A DNA stretch of 64,000 nt from the human T2T-CHM13v2.0 reference genome, Homo sapiens. The DNA is taken from NCBI RefSeq assembly GCF_009914755.1, contig NC_060944.1. One strand, given 5' to 3'. This document shows, in pieces, positions 35,719 through 52,383 of this stretch. The translations under genes were made by a program, and so were the position numbers. The notes below the pieces were generated by a model that saw nothing but the letters and a program-made list of their open reading frames with translations, was not told the DNA's origin and searched no databases. Position 1 is the first letter of the stretch; each line of letters starts with the position of its first letter.

Positions 35719-37193
35719 GTCTGCAGGGAGCCACCACTCAGCACCAGCTAATGCTGCCCTGTGGGAATGGAGACCCACTGCTCCTGAGTCTTCCCATTCT
35801 TCAATCTTTTCATATTTACTGTTGGCAAATAATGTTTTTTGGGTTGTTTTTGAGAAGTGGCAGCCAAAACCATGTGTGACAGACAAAAGCACACCTGGGC
35901 CTCAGCTTGCAACCTTTAAGTCAGCAGTCTCTCACAATCACCAAGGTGAGAAATGGTCTTTGGGATTTACGGTGGATTTATTCTTACATTTCCCAAAGGG
36001 CCTGCTTTCTGGGACCTTCCACTCGATAGTAACTTGTTCCAGTATTTATCAAGTGAGCAAACAAAGAAGTTGGCAGTTTATTATACTAACGCTCTGGGCC
36101 CCTCCCTCTCTGCCCCCTCATTTGTATTTGATATGCAAACCGCAGGTCTCGGAGATCACCCAAGCCTATTTCTGTCCCCTTCCCCACACTCCCCACTTCT
36201 GTAAGAGTTTAAGAGTTCAAAAAATCATCTGAAATCACAAACCCAATCCCACATGACTGCCAGCCTATGCCAGCACCTACATCGGAAACCAGCCTTTCCA
36301 GAAACAGACAGAGGAGCCACCCACGAGCATGTCCCCTCCCCCTCTTGGCCATGTGTGGGAAAATGCCATCTGCTTTGTGGTGGTCAGGACGATGAGTTTA
36401 TGCTGAAAATGTTCCGCTCTGGATAAAAGTAAATTTTAAAAAAACCTTGTTCCTTAGAATTAACATCAATATTTATTTTTTGCACCGCCGACATTTCGGA
36501 CTTCCCCCAGCCTGCCTTCCCCATGTCTGGTAGGAAAGACTCCTGGTAGGGACCACGTGCAATGGTTCTCATTTGCACACTGGCTCCACTACCGTCTCCT
36601 CACAGTTGGGTGTTTTTGACAGGCTCTGCCTCTTGTTTAGAGATTTAGTGAAATTTTGCAGATTCAAGGATTCTGATCTCCACAGTCCATTTCTGGTGGG
36701 CGTCCCACATCTCCTGGCTGGGAATGCGAGTTGACAGAGGGCTCCAGGATCTGTAGGCTATTCCAGAGCCAGGGCACACAGGAGGCAAGGCCTACAACAG
36801 AAATAATGATACAGACGGGAGCTCCCTTTATCTGGGGCTTCCTCAGAGCCTGCACAGGGCTGACCCTTGGTGGACGCCATCTCGTTTCACCCTGCCTGCA
36901 CCCTGAGAGGCAGGTGGCATCTTCTCCCATCCTCTGTTCCAGAGCCCATCCCGGCTGGAGCCTGCCTGTCTTCACACCTCACTCCTGCCACCCTTTACCT
37001 TGACCTCTCTGTTCCCACCATCCTGGACTGCCTTCAGTGGTTCCCTGGCAGGGAGTGGCAGTTTTTTCTTCAAAAGGACAGGTAGCAAATGTTTTAGGCT
37101 TTGTGGTTTGCTAGGAAGCCACCTGGTTTTAGCATGAGGGTTCTGTGTCCCCAGAAACCCCATCTGTGCTAGGCAAACCAGGGCAGTTGGTGA

Positions 37194-37534
<341 letters not shown>

Positions 37535-37580
37535 CCAGCCAGCTGCTTTCTATAGCGACTACTCAACTCTGTCATTGTAG

Positions 37581-37943
<363 letters not shown>

Positions 37944-40097
37944 AATAAAACTTTATTTATAAAAACTAAGCGGTCAGCCAGATTTGGCTGCTAGAGCTAG
38001 AGGTAGTTTGCTGGCTTCTGCTTCAGGCGCCAAGCTCACTTCCTCCTCCGGGCCTTGGCTTTTCCCTGGGACATTCCTTTACAACATCCACTCTGCGCTC
38101 CCGGTTGCTTCCGCAGAGGCCGCCGCTGACTGCAGGGCTCCCGCACCCGGCCGCTTGCTGAATGTTGGCTGCTCAGGACCCACAGCCACTTCTTTCTCTG
38201 GAGAGTTGGTCTCAACCAAAGACGTCTGCACCGCCTCCCCAACGAACACAGCTCCAGTTCCGCAGGGGCTGGCACTGGGCAACGGCGGGGGACTCCCGCT
38301 CCAGAGCTTCTCATGGGTGCCTCAGCTGAGACCACGTCCTTGCTGCCCTCGTGCCGTCTGCCCCTGCTGCCCTCACACCCCTGTTCCTGGGAGCCCCGTT
38401 TTGACAAACCCAGCAGCTCAGGCTCTGCTTCCAGAGGGCCCCATCCACATCTCCCCCTTGCATCTCCTTCATCACTCGCCATCCATGACGTTGTTCTGTT
38501 TTCCCTGCAGCATTGCACCCTACCCAAAGTGCTCCTGGTTGCCTATTTGTCTCTCCTCTATTGTCTGTCTGCCACCAGAATGTGAACACCCTGAGACCAG
38601 GAGCTTCGTCTGCCCTGCTCTGCCTTCCCTGCCAGATGAGAACAGTGCCAGGCATTAGGAGATTTTCCACCTGAATTTGTGGTACGAATGAACATGATGA
38701 CCACTATTGCCCCCATCTCACAGAGGAGGGCACAAGCGCTCAGAAAGCTGACCATGTTTGCAGGTGGGCTCCACGGGTGATGAGCCATGAGCTCTGCTCC
38801 GTCACCAGCATCATGACTGGGGCAAGTCCATTGCCCTCTCTGGGCATGGGTCCCCAGTCACAGAGGCACGCTGTCTGCATGCCACATGAGATGCCCAGAC
38901 AGCTTTACCTGAGGCATTGTGCAAATGAGTTGAATTGTTTGAAAAGATACCTCCTGGATTCTCACGCTTTGGTTCCATCCCCTATAAGGAGCCCAGATGG
39001 CCACAGCCTCCCTGCCTCCTTGGAAGACCCAGAGCTGGGAATGAGTATTTCTATCTCCCCCTCTTTATGGATTATTCTTTATCTCTGGCTTCATGGGGGC
39101 GTAAGCCAGGTAGTCATGCTTGGTTTAATGGTCTGCTCTTAATGTCTTGAAATTCTTGACAGTTTTAAAAAACATTCTTAATAGTTTTTGAACAAGGGTT
39201 CAGATTTTCACTTTGCCCTGGGCCCTGCAGATTCCGTGGTCAGTCTGTGGGTGTTGTATGCCTGACCAATCCATGCCTGACCAATCCCAAGGGCTCTGCA
39301 GGCACCATCGTGTGTAGTCCTCCCAATGAAACATGAAGGGGTACCATGATTATCCCCATTCTCCAAACAAACAAACCGAGGTCCATGAAGACTGGGTGAT
39401 CATGGGTCACTGGATTACATAACAAGGACATGGTGGGATGGGAATTTGAGCCAGGTCAGTAGCTCTCAGAGCCACTACTGCCTCAAGTGTCTTGCATACA
39501 ACATTCAACCTGTTTCTGCTGAGGGTATAAGAGCATCCCCATCATCAGCCATGAATGAATTGATTAACTGATTTCATATCACCCTGGGAAGGGAGGCCAT
39601 CTCTTCATCTGACTGCCTCCTTTTCATCTTCCTCCTCTGCCTTAAAAACCTTCTCCCTCTAGGGAGGCCCCCAATCATCCCAGCCCTCCCCTACTCCTCA
39701 AAGCTGGGTACACAGCTCCCCCACACTTCACCCACCTGTAGAGTTCCTAAGGCCACCTGCTCTTGGACAGGTGTACCTAGGTGGCACCTCACCTCCTGGG
39801 AGCAGGAATAAAATCTGATTCATCAAACTGACCTCCGCTGTCCCAGAACCAAGCTTGGAAATTTGTGTGGTTGGGCATCAATTTAGTGAGCACCTGCTGG
39901 GTTAAAAAAAAAATTAACAATTTATTTTTACCTTTCCTTTTAAGAGAATTTAAAGACACTTGAAGAATACATAAAATAAAAGAAAGAAACCTAAATTAGA
40001 AGTTGGGGGAAAAAAGAAAATAGAGAAACATATAAAATATAAAAGAAAATAAATAAAAATATAAGATAAAGCCGGGAAGAAGGCTACATAAACATGC

Positions 40098-41140
<1,043 letters not shown>

Positions 41141-41574
41141 CCATACGCTAGATGGTCTTGGAGACCAATACTGAACAAATTCAGCTCTCAGTAGCCATCC
41201 ACTCAGAGTGAAGCCCCACTAGTTTTGTGACCCACAAAGTACAACAGATGAAAGAGCAACATAATTTAGGCCCCAAAAGAAATTTTCACTAAGCGTTCTC
41301 ACAGCAACAGCATCATTCCTGGTGAGCATTCAGATGGTGGGAGCAGAGGCCCCAACTGTTCTGAAGAAGGCCCTCAAGGGTGAGGGGTCTTCCACAGCCG
41401 CCTTCGCCTTTGGCTGCCCACCTGGACCACCCAGATGAGGAAAGATGATTTATTAACCAATTATGGAAATGAAGCCAACTCAAATGAAAATGTTTTCCCT
41501 TGAATCCTTTTTTGTTTTCCTAATGAAAAACTAACATCTACAAAAAATATTCGAACAGTAGAGAGGTATAAGAG

Positions 41575-41738
41575 CAGGGGATATGAGGCTTTATCTGTAA
41601 AGGGCCAGACAGACCACACGTGACAGCAGCCATGGTCAATGCATCACCAATGGGCTGGCTGTGTGCCAATAAAACTTTATTTGCAAAAGCAGACAGGTGG
41701 CAGGATTCGGCCCAGGACTTCGATTTGCCGACTCCTGC
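41575..41738. mobile_element. internally deleted MER58-type MITE
   Basis: cagggg...tctgtaaagggccaga...ggctgtgtgccaataaaactttattt...tttgccgactcctg. Confidence 0.7.
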
Positions 41739-41992
41739 TTTACACAATGTATTTCGGAAGCACACTTGATTACTCAAGATTACTCAAGAGTTCTCAATTA
41801 TCTGGATAATTTTGCCAACCCCTGATGTGGAGCAAAAATATAATTCTCTTCTTTCCTCTGGGTCAACCACTGGGACCACTCCTTGAGCATCATTCAGAAG
41901 ATTCTAGGCATATAGAAGCAGCTGCAGTCCCCCGCCCTGCCTTCTCTTATTACACCGATGGAAGCACATAGCACTTAAAAAATGCCACAGGG

Positions 41993-42294
41993 GGCCAGGT
42001 GCAGTGGCTCATTCCTGTAATCCCAGCACTTGGGAGGCCAAGGTGGGTGGATCACTTGAGGTCAGAAGTTCAAGATCAGCCTGGCCAACATGGTGAAACC
42101 CTGTCTCTACTAAAAATACAAAAATTAGCTGGGTGTGGGGGCGCAAACTGTAACCCCGGCTTCTAGGGAGGCTGAGGCAGGAGAATTGCTTGAACCCAGG
42201 AGGCAGAGTTTGCAGTGAGCTGAGATCACGCAACTGCACTCCAGCCTGGGTGACAGAGTGAGACTCCATCTCAAAAAAAAAAAAAAAAAAAAAA
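41993..42294 (+). mobile_element. AluS
   Basis: dimer with poly-A; TSD ending tgccaca. Confidence 0.92.
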
Positions 42295-42310
42295 GAGTGC
42301 CACATGCTCT

Positions 42311-42364
42311 TTTTCCCATGATGAGATTTCTCCACACTTTTCCCGTCATGAGATTTCTGCACAC
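42311..42364. repeat. 27-bp tandem duplication (24/27 identical)
   Basis: ttttcccatgatgagatttctccacac / ttttcccgtcatgagatttctgcacac. Confidence 0.85.
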
Positions 42365-44535
42365 TCACCTGTCCAAATGGCTCCTGGACGTCTAATAACC
42401 ACTCACTGTGCAAAGCCATGGGGTCAAGGCATCCTCCACCCCCACCGTGCTTTGGCCACCTTTCCCTGGAGAGCCAGCGAGGCGGGACAAAAAGAGAGCT
42501 GGGATCCAGTGAGGGTTCTGCCACATAGTGGGTAACGGTTCCAAGAACTGACTTGGAGACACACTTGCTGTGTGACCTTGGTCACGTTGACCAAACGCCC
42601 CGTTTGTCATCATGAAGAAACGTCTCGTTTCTTCATCTATTACATGGCAGCAATGATACCCAAAATGAGTTTGCAGAAGACTGTTTGAAAAGTGCCTAGC
42701 AAACGTGCGTGACCCAGGGAAGGTGCCCGGTGACACAGTGGTTGGGAATGTACTCTTGTGTTCTCCTGACATCAGGCAACTGGGGCTCCTTAAAGGAGTT
42801 GACCGTGGTGAAAAAGCCACACTAGCCACTGACTTGCTGTGTGGCTTTGGGTAAGTAACTTAACTTCTCTGAGGCTGAGTCTATATCTGGAAATGGGGTG
42901 ATCATTTTAGCTATCACTTGTTGTAAGGGCTCAGTACAAAGTTGCCAAATAAAATACAGGACACCAATTAAATCTGAATTTCAGATAAGCGATGATTTTT
43001 TTTTTAAATTCATAAGTCCCAACTTTTCATTTGCTCCACCTGGCAGCCGTATTTCAGTAAGAAGATTCATGTGGAGCGTCTGGCTCAGTGCCTGGTCTGT
43101 CATGGGAACTTAAAAGGTAGTCCTTTTACATTCTGATTTTGCATGTTATCAGCAAATGGGGTTATGTCTCTCACTCCTTACCTACCCTGATCGTTGTGAG
43201 AATTGGACCAAGTAAGGTCCCGAAACCAAGGCCCTGTAGTCCAGCTTCCTGCTCCCTGACAGCCATTCTTATTCTTATTTTTATTATTCCTTGTTCTCCC
43301 CATCCTTGAATGCCATTGGCGCACAACTGAATAAAGCCAGTTTCCCAGGCTCCAGCCCTCCCTCTCTCTTTCTGTTGAAGGCTCCCTCCTGCTTCTGAAA
43401 GGGGGTTTCCGGCAGAGGAGCACCCCTCAGGCTGAGTAGGAGGGGCAGCCCCCTCTCAACTCTGCCTGCTTTGGAGGGTCTGGCTTCAAAGACCTGGAGA
43501 TGGCACTAAAGGTAAGAGAGTTTTGAAAATACTTGTTCCCATAGATTCTGTTTTATCTGAGAAAATCCTCCCTCCTCCACCCTCGTATTCCCGGGACCGT
43601 CCTCTTCCCACAATCTGCCTCTTCTTGGGATCCGTCTTCCTTCTCCCACTCCAGCACCAGCCACCTGTAGCCTGCAAAGCAGCAGAGATTCTACTTCATT
43701 TTCCATTCTTTCATATTGGTTTATTTTATTTCACTTAATTTTTTTGGTTACCTTTTCATTTAATTCATGTATCTTTTAAACAAAAAAACACAGGCACACA
43801 ATTTTAAAAGTCAAAAATACTCAAAATTTATAACAACAGGACCAACAGAACATTTTCCTGTTTCTGCCCTCCCCAGTCCCAATTCCCATTCCCTAGAACC
43901 AACTAAGGTGGACTCCCTTTGCCGTTTCCTGTGGATGGTCACTTTCTAACATAACCTATACTGCTATTTTATGCTCTCTCGGGTTTAAACATTGTCTTCT
44001 GATTTCCTTTAATGAAAGATGAGGACTTTGTTCTCATAGTCCCACCCCTCCTCAACATACCTTCCCTCGCCACATCCTTCCAATAATAGCTTGAAGCTCT
44101 CTGGGCTAAAGACGGATCCAGTTTTTACTGACTCCCTAAGTACTGGCCAATCACTGCAGTCACACACCTGTGCACAACTGTTTGCTGTAACTTTGGATTC
44201 TGGGTTGTGTTGGTGGGCCTTGTATGAGCTTCAGGGGGCTGAGCCAGTACAGTACAGGCCTTCAGCACAGGGCTGGACCTTCTTGGAAGGCCTCGGATAT
44301 GAACATTGACTGTTACTTCCTGTGATGTTGTGCACAGAGCCTGAGAACCTACCTAATGGGAATGTCAAGGAGACAAACTTTCCAGTCATCCCGTCTCTTA
44401 CCTCATGTCCCAGACCACTCTGCCCACAGGGTACCATAAAACATTATTTTTTAATAGATCCCACAGCTATCCCAGGAATAACACAATTATATAGCATTAT
44501 GATTGTGTGTGTTAAAAGAATTGCTTTGTTAAATG

Positions 44536-45437
<902 letters not shown>

Positions 45438-45460
45438 AATGCAAACATTAAAAATATGCC

Positions 45461-45757
<297 letters not shown>

Positions 45758-45767
45758 GAGGCACAGC

Positions 45768-46265
<498 letters not shown>

Positions 46266-46606
46266 TAAGCATATTTCTTAATATGCTGGAAGTTCCAGAA
46301 AAATGAATGAGATCTTGCCCATCTCAACCTCCAAACAGTCTACTGCAACTTCTGGAATGGTAGAAAAAAGTGCCATGGATATGCACGTCTAGGGGAGAGG
46401 GCTTGGCATTTGTTAGATTCTCTTAAGTTCCTCAAGTCAACTTCCCCTTTGTTAAACTGAGGAAATTTTGGCTCAAAGAAACGTATCCACTTGCCCAAGG
46501 TCACAGAGCTGCCAGTGGTGGGTTCAGGTCTGAGTCCAGGTAGTCTGATCCCAGATTCTGTACAGTCAAGCACTGAATCATCTGGAGAAGGGGTGAGGGA
46601 GGGGGA

Positions 46607-47368
46607 CGAGTTTCCTAGGGCTGCTGTCACAAATTACCACAACCTCGGAAATTTAAAACAACAGGCATTTATTCTCTCACATTTCTGGAGGTCAGAAGTC
46701 CAAGATGAATCCCACTGGACTGAAATCATGATGTCAGCAGGGCTGTACTCCCTAGAGGTTCTAGAGAGAACCCATTTCCTTGTCTTTTTTTAACTTCTGG
46801 AGGCTGCATTTCCTGGCTTATGGCCCTGTCCTCTGTCTTCGAAGCTAGCATTGTAGCATCTTGTTCATGTCACATGGGCTTCTTCTAGGTAGTCTTCCCT
46901 TTGCCTCTGTCTAATAAGGACACTTGTGATAGCATTTAGAGCTCATGGGGCTAATCCAGGATAATGTGCCCATATTAAGATCCTTAACTTGGCCGGGTGC
47001 TGCAGCTCATGTCTATAATCCCAGCACTTTGGGAGGCTGAGGTTGGCGGATCACCTGAGGGCCTGGCCAACATGGTGAAACTTTGTCTCTACTGAAGATA
47101 CAAAAGTTAGCCGGGTGTGGTGGCGCACGCCTGTAATCCCAGCTACTCGGAGGCTGAGACAGGAGAATCGCTTGAATCCAGGAAGCGGAGGTTTTGGTGA
47201 GCTGAGATCACACCACTGCACTCCAGCCTGGGTGAGAGACCGCGACTCCATCTCAAAAAAAAAAAAAATCCTGAATTTAATCGCATCCGCAAAAGTCCTT
47301 TCTGCTGTGCAAAGTAACATTCACAGGTTCCAGAGATTTGGACCTGGATGTCTTTGAGGTCATTAATC
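46607..47368 (-). mobile_element. MLT1B/C LTR with internal Alu
   Basis: agtttcctagggctgctgtcacaaattaccacaa...aaggacacttgtgat...taacattcacaggttccagagatt. Confidence 0.75.
46991..47268 (+). mobile_element. AluS with left-arm deletion removing most of box B
   Basis: ggatcacctgagg|gcctggccaac junction. Confidence 0.9.
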
Positions 47369-48176
47369 AGCAGCCCTCAAAGATGGGTCTCCCACAGGCT
47401 CAGTCCTTACTGTATAGATTTCATGGTGGCCTGGGAAAGGGTAACTACAGCCATGGGGCTCACTCTTCTCCCGTAGGAGGCAGAGAATTTGTCACCCAGA
47501 CCAAACAAAGAGCACTCAGGCAAGCCTGGCCCCAGTCAGGCTTACAGGTTTTAAGACTCCAGGGGAAAGGATGATTCTTGCCCCAGCAGTCCCCTTCTCC
47601 GTCAGCCCAGGGGTACTTAGGAGAGACAAGCAAAGGGATACGTTTCCATCCCGTACCTCTGCTAAGATGCTGGGGAAGACAAGAGAGCTCTGGTAGAGTG
47701 TGGAGGTGAAACCTTTGGTCTCTGGATATAGCAGGAGCAGTATTTGAACTCATTGAGTCCAGCTGTCGGGTGGGTGGTCTCATCTCTCTAAGCCTCAGTT
47801 ATTTCACCTGCAAAATGGGAGCAAGCAGAGTCCCTGTCTCAGACAACTGCTGCAAGATGTATAACCCAGGTAGAAAAACATTGAGCAGAGTCCCTGGTAC
47901 ATGGTGAACTCATGACAAACTTGTCCATTTCAACTAACCAGTAACTGTGACCCAGTGGTTCTGGCTGTAGTCTTTGCCACACCCTTGGCACCTCTCTTGT
48001 TTCTATGCCACATTGAATCTATCAGCATATTTTCTTGGCTCTACCTTCAATGTATGCCCTCCATGGATACTACCCTTGCCCAAACCATCATCATCTCTCT
48101 CCTGGATTATTGAAAAAGACCCTTCACTGCCTTGCTGACTCCTCAGCCCTCTTACCATCTCTCACTTGCTACACAT

Positions 48177-48530
48177 CAGGATGCTGTCCAATATGGCAGC
48201 CATTAGCCCCGTGTGGCTCTGAAGCATTTGCGATGTGGCTGGTCCTAATTCAGACGTGCTGCAAGTGTAAAACACACACCAGATTTCAAGCACGTAGTAC
48301 CTAAAAAATAATGTAAAAGATCTCATTAATAAGTTTTTACATTGGTGACATGATGAAATGATAATATTTTGGATAAATTGGCTTCAATAAAATACATTAT
48401 TCAAATTAATTTCACCTGGCTCTTTTTTTTTTTTTTTTTTTTCTTTTTAAAATGTGGCTTATTAGAACATGTAAGACTCCACGTATGGCTCGCATTTGTG
48501 GTTCACATTATGTTTCTATTGGATGGTGCT
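48177..48530. mobile_element. MER33
   Basis: gctgtccaatatggcagccattagcc...aagtgtaaaacacacaccagattt...tttctattgga. Confidence 0.75.
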
Positions 48531-49122
48531 GCTCTTTAGCATCTTCTAAGCTTGAACTTGAGTATCTTTTGCCTGGGAGTGAGCAGGTAAGCCGTTCAAG
48601 GGACTCTGCTCTGCTCCAGGGAACCACAGCAAAAACCTGTTCTCTGAAGATCCTGCCGAGGGATTTGGGTGGATAAATATTTACAGTTCTGAGGTTGCAT
48701 TTCGAACAGCTCCAACATGTTTGCAGAGTTTGTATAAACCTAATCATCGCAAGGCACACGGTTTTCATTTCAACTGCCTTTAATCCTGCGGCCCCTGAGA
48801 AAGGAGATGTGATGACATCTCTTCAAAGTGCGAGGCCAAGTCTGCTGGGAAATGGCCACAGGTATCCGCAAAAGGGCAGGGCCTGATTTGGGATGTTCGC
48901 TGGTGGTTGCATTTTTGGAAGTAATAGTGGTGTTTTTAATGGCCAAACTCAATTACCCTCCTAATCTGTTGTAGAATAAAAAGTTAGGAATTCTAAGAGC
49001 CTAAGGCTATACGTAAAACACCACTGCTCACCACTCCAAGGGGACTTGGCAAAAGATTTTAAGTTGCTGCTAATGAAAATTTAAGTTGGGTGTTGGGAAC
49101 AAGAAAGCATAATTTGTTGTGG

Positions 49123-49124
<2 letters not shown>

Positions 49125-49158
<34 letters not shown>
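49125..49158. repeat. (GT)17 microsatellite
   Basis: directly visible. Confidence 0.95.
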
Positions 49159-49160
<2 letters not shown>

Positions 49161-49236
49161 AAGCTATCTGATTTCATTAAATTGGGCTGTGGCCACTATT
49201 TTCTGTTTTACTAAGCCCCCAAAGAGATGTTTTATC

Positions 49237-49645
<409 letters not shown>

Positions 49646-50929
49646 TTAAAGACGGGCTGAGAAGTAATTGATTTTAAGCCATATGCAGAGTGCCAGATTG
49701 CAAAATTTCAGGTTGCACAAAGGCAAAGTTTTTGAAAAAAATGTGTGGGACTTAAACCAAGTCCTAAATAGAAGGTAAAACAATTTACGTGGCTACAAAA
49801 GAAAAAAGATTATTCTTTATATTAGAACCCAAGTATCTTGGTAATGCAGACATCATCTGGTTTTTTGAAACTTTGAATGGGGGTGGGGGAAATTATAATG
49901 AATAAAGTGTTTCCTATTCTTTTACTTTTCACTTCCTGCAGTTACTGGTGGAGAATTTCACCAATTGAAAATTATTAGGCAAGATTTTTCTTTTTAGAAT
50001 GCACTCTATGTATCATTCTGACTGAGTCATCTTCCTAATTAATTTTCGCACAAGGATAAGAGTATTTTGGCACCTGGGGAATACCACTGGAGTCACGATA
50101 TTATTTTCTATGAAGGTTAAGGTTTTGCAATCATAGATAACCCATAACCTTTGAAAACAGAAATTAGTTTTGTTAATTTCAAATTCCAGCACCCTACTTG
50201 CAATGAAACGATGCCACTTTCTTTAAGTTCTGGCCCCTCGGCAAATGGTTATTTTAACTGACACTCAAGTCAAAAGCTCGTTTGTAATGTCCTTTCATTT
50301 CAGCTTTATGGCAAATTAAATTATGGTTTGGTTAAACAAAATTACATTAAAAACCATATGTGCTGAAGAAGTTTTAAGGAGAGTATCACGTTTATACTTT
50401 AAAAAGCCCAACTGCTCTGTTTAAAGTGGATCTTTCATAAACTTGCAGTCAGGAGCAACAATGACGTCCTTCAGGGAGTCAAACACTTTGGAAAGAAACG
50501 CGAACTGAAAATGCTATTGGAGGACGCAAGAAAACCGAAAACGCTCGGTCGAGTTTTTCTGTCAAGCCACGTTTGAAATTAAGGAATTCGTGTAAATTGC
50601 CATCTTTCGCATCCGAAGCAAGAAACGTACACAGTTTCCCTGCTATACGGAGTTGTTGTGACATAAGAAAACAGAATCTTTTTAAACCTCGAGTTTAATT
50701 AATTCTTTTTTAAAAAAGAATTTAGCAGCAGCATGTTAAAAGGGAAAGGGGGGGGAACCCGATTAGTTCCAAATAAGCGTCTCTTAATCACCCTTATGAA
50801 GGCGTAATTTGCAAAACACTCCTAGGAAGTAACATCTTTTTCATTTCAGGGGAAAAAAAAAGTGCATTGATAAAAAATAAGTAGAACATTTTAATTAAAA
50901 CTCATAAAGTTGTGGACATCTGGTTGGGA

Positions 50930-52110
50930 TTGTTCGCCGCGGCGGTGATTAGCGGATCCGTGCACCTAGATAATGAAGCCTGGTCGCGGTTATTGGCAGA
51001 AGGGCCCGGGCGCGCTGTGAGAACGCTGCAGGCTCACTTTGTAGTGCGGGGCCTACGCCTATTAGATTCCAATCAGTTTCGCCTAAAAAGGGGAGGAGGG
51101 CGGAGTGGGAGGGGGGCCCAGAGTTAAACACAGGAAACAAGCGTTGAGTGTGTGCCAATAAAAATGGTCACAAATCAGGGCTGCTGATGTCATAACCCTG
51201 GGGGTCGGGGGTCAGGGGGAGTGAATGCGCCTGAAAGGGACCGCCTGTCTGCGGCCGGAGCGGCGGCGGGCGCGGGGGGCGACGGCGCGCACAATGGGCC
51301 CGGAGCGCCTCATTAGAGACGCGTTTGATGCGCTCCCGTGCCCCACGGGGGCCCTGGGCGATGTCAATGGGATAATTACGATGATCTAATGGCCGGCTCT
51401 TTTGCATGCAGGCCCGCCTGAATGGGGCGCCTGGAGGCTGCATTGAGGCCGGGCTGTGTAAACTGTAGGGTGCCTCGCCGACTCGGAGCCGCAGAGACTG
51501 GCGGCGGGTCAACTTGGACCACTTTGCATTCACGCTTTGAATAGGCGGAGCGGGAGGCGTCCTTTCCCGCGGCCGCCTTTCAGCCGAGAGAGTGACAGAT
51601 TGGAGGTCAGCGGCTGGCGGGACGGAAGCCCTCGCCGGGCAGATGGACCCGCTCCGGGCCGCGCCGGGGACCCCCGCCCCGCGCACAGGCGTGTCTACGC
51701 GGACGGGCTCCGAGCGCACCCGCGTGTGCGAGGCGATGGGCAGCCGCCCGTCTCCCGATGCAGCCAAGAGAACGGTGGTTTTGCATTTTTTCCAAACCTC
51801 TTCTTGTCTTAATGACAAGAGTCAAACCGTCTCGCGCTTGGCTCCCCTCCCGGCACCTGTGCGTTTCCCCAGAAGCCGACTTGGCCCCGGCCAAGGGCAC
51901 CCGCAGAGCAGCCCCTACCCTCCAATATTTTGCAGGAGGGGAGAAGAGGAAAAAGAGAACTGGATATTTGATATGTCGAAAGAATGATCGATGATGAGGC
52001 TGCACCGTAGGAGCTTGCCGGTCTCCGACCGCTGCTGGCCTGCGAAGCCGGCACGTTTACAAGGCTCAGCCCTGGGCTGTCATACTTCCACCAGAACAGC
52101 AGCAAATGCG
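50930..52110. promoter_or_regulatory. CpG island with promoter- and enhancer-like motifs
   Basis: dense CpG, repeat-free; ATTGG 50992, CCAAT 51069 and 51155, GGGCGG 51098, ACAATGG 51291, TAATTA 51373, TAATGGCC 51387, TGACAG+ATTGG 51593-51603. Confidence 0.85.
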
Positions 52111-52383
52111 TTCATGGCGAATTATTTTGCAGACGTGAGAACTCTGATTTTTTTTTTCAGCTTCTAGGACTTACACACAGTTAGCCTGGGTCTTTTTTAG
52201 CACATTGTACATGGTACTAGAATTCAATAAGTATTTGTTGAATGAATTAATCGGTAAAAAATGAATATAGAAGTGTGTACAGACAATTAGGTCTCCTGTT
52301 CTTTGCCCTTCCCCCACTGGTGGAATATCTTTTCCTTTCTCTTGTGGATAAAAAAATCACTCTCTTTCTGAAGCAAATAGTGG

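Noticed and set aside
37984-38658. Longest ORF (224 aa)
   Set aside because: Non-ATG start, no recognisable domain, and it spans MITE/LTR/L2-like sequence; GC richness explains the lack of stops.
43031-43048. CTCF-like ttgctccacctggcagcc
   Set aside because: About three mismatches to the core consensus; cannot be called without a matrix score or ChIP data.
51168-52105. Overlapping 90-216 aa ORFs in the CpG island
   Set aside because: Arg/Pro/Ala/Gly-rich open frames on both strands are expected in GC-rich DNA; no domain or exon structure.
52144-52260. Strong acceptor (T)11CAG at 52160
   Set aside because: No convincing upstream donor in the island, and the downstream sequence is L2-tail-like.
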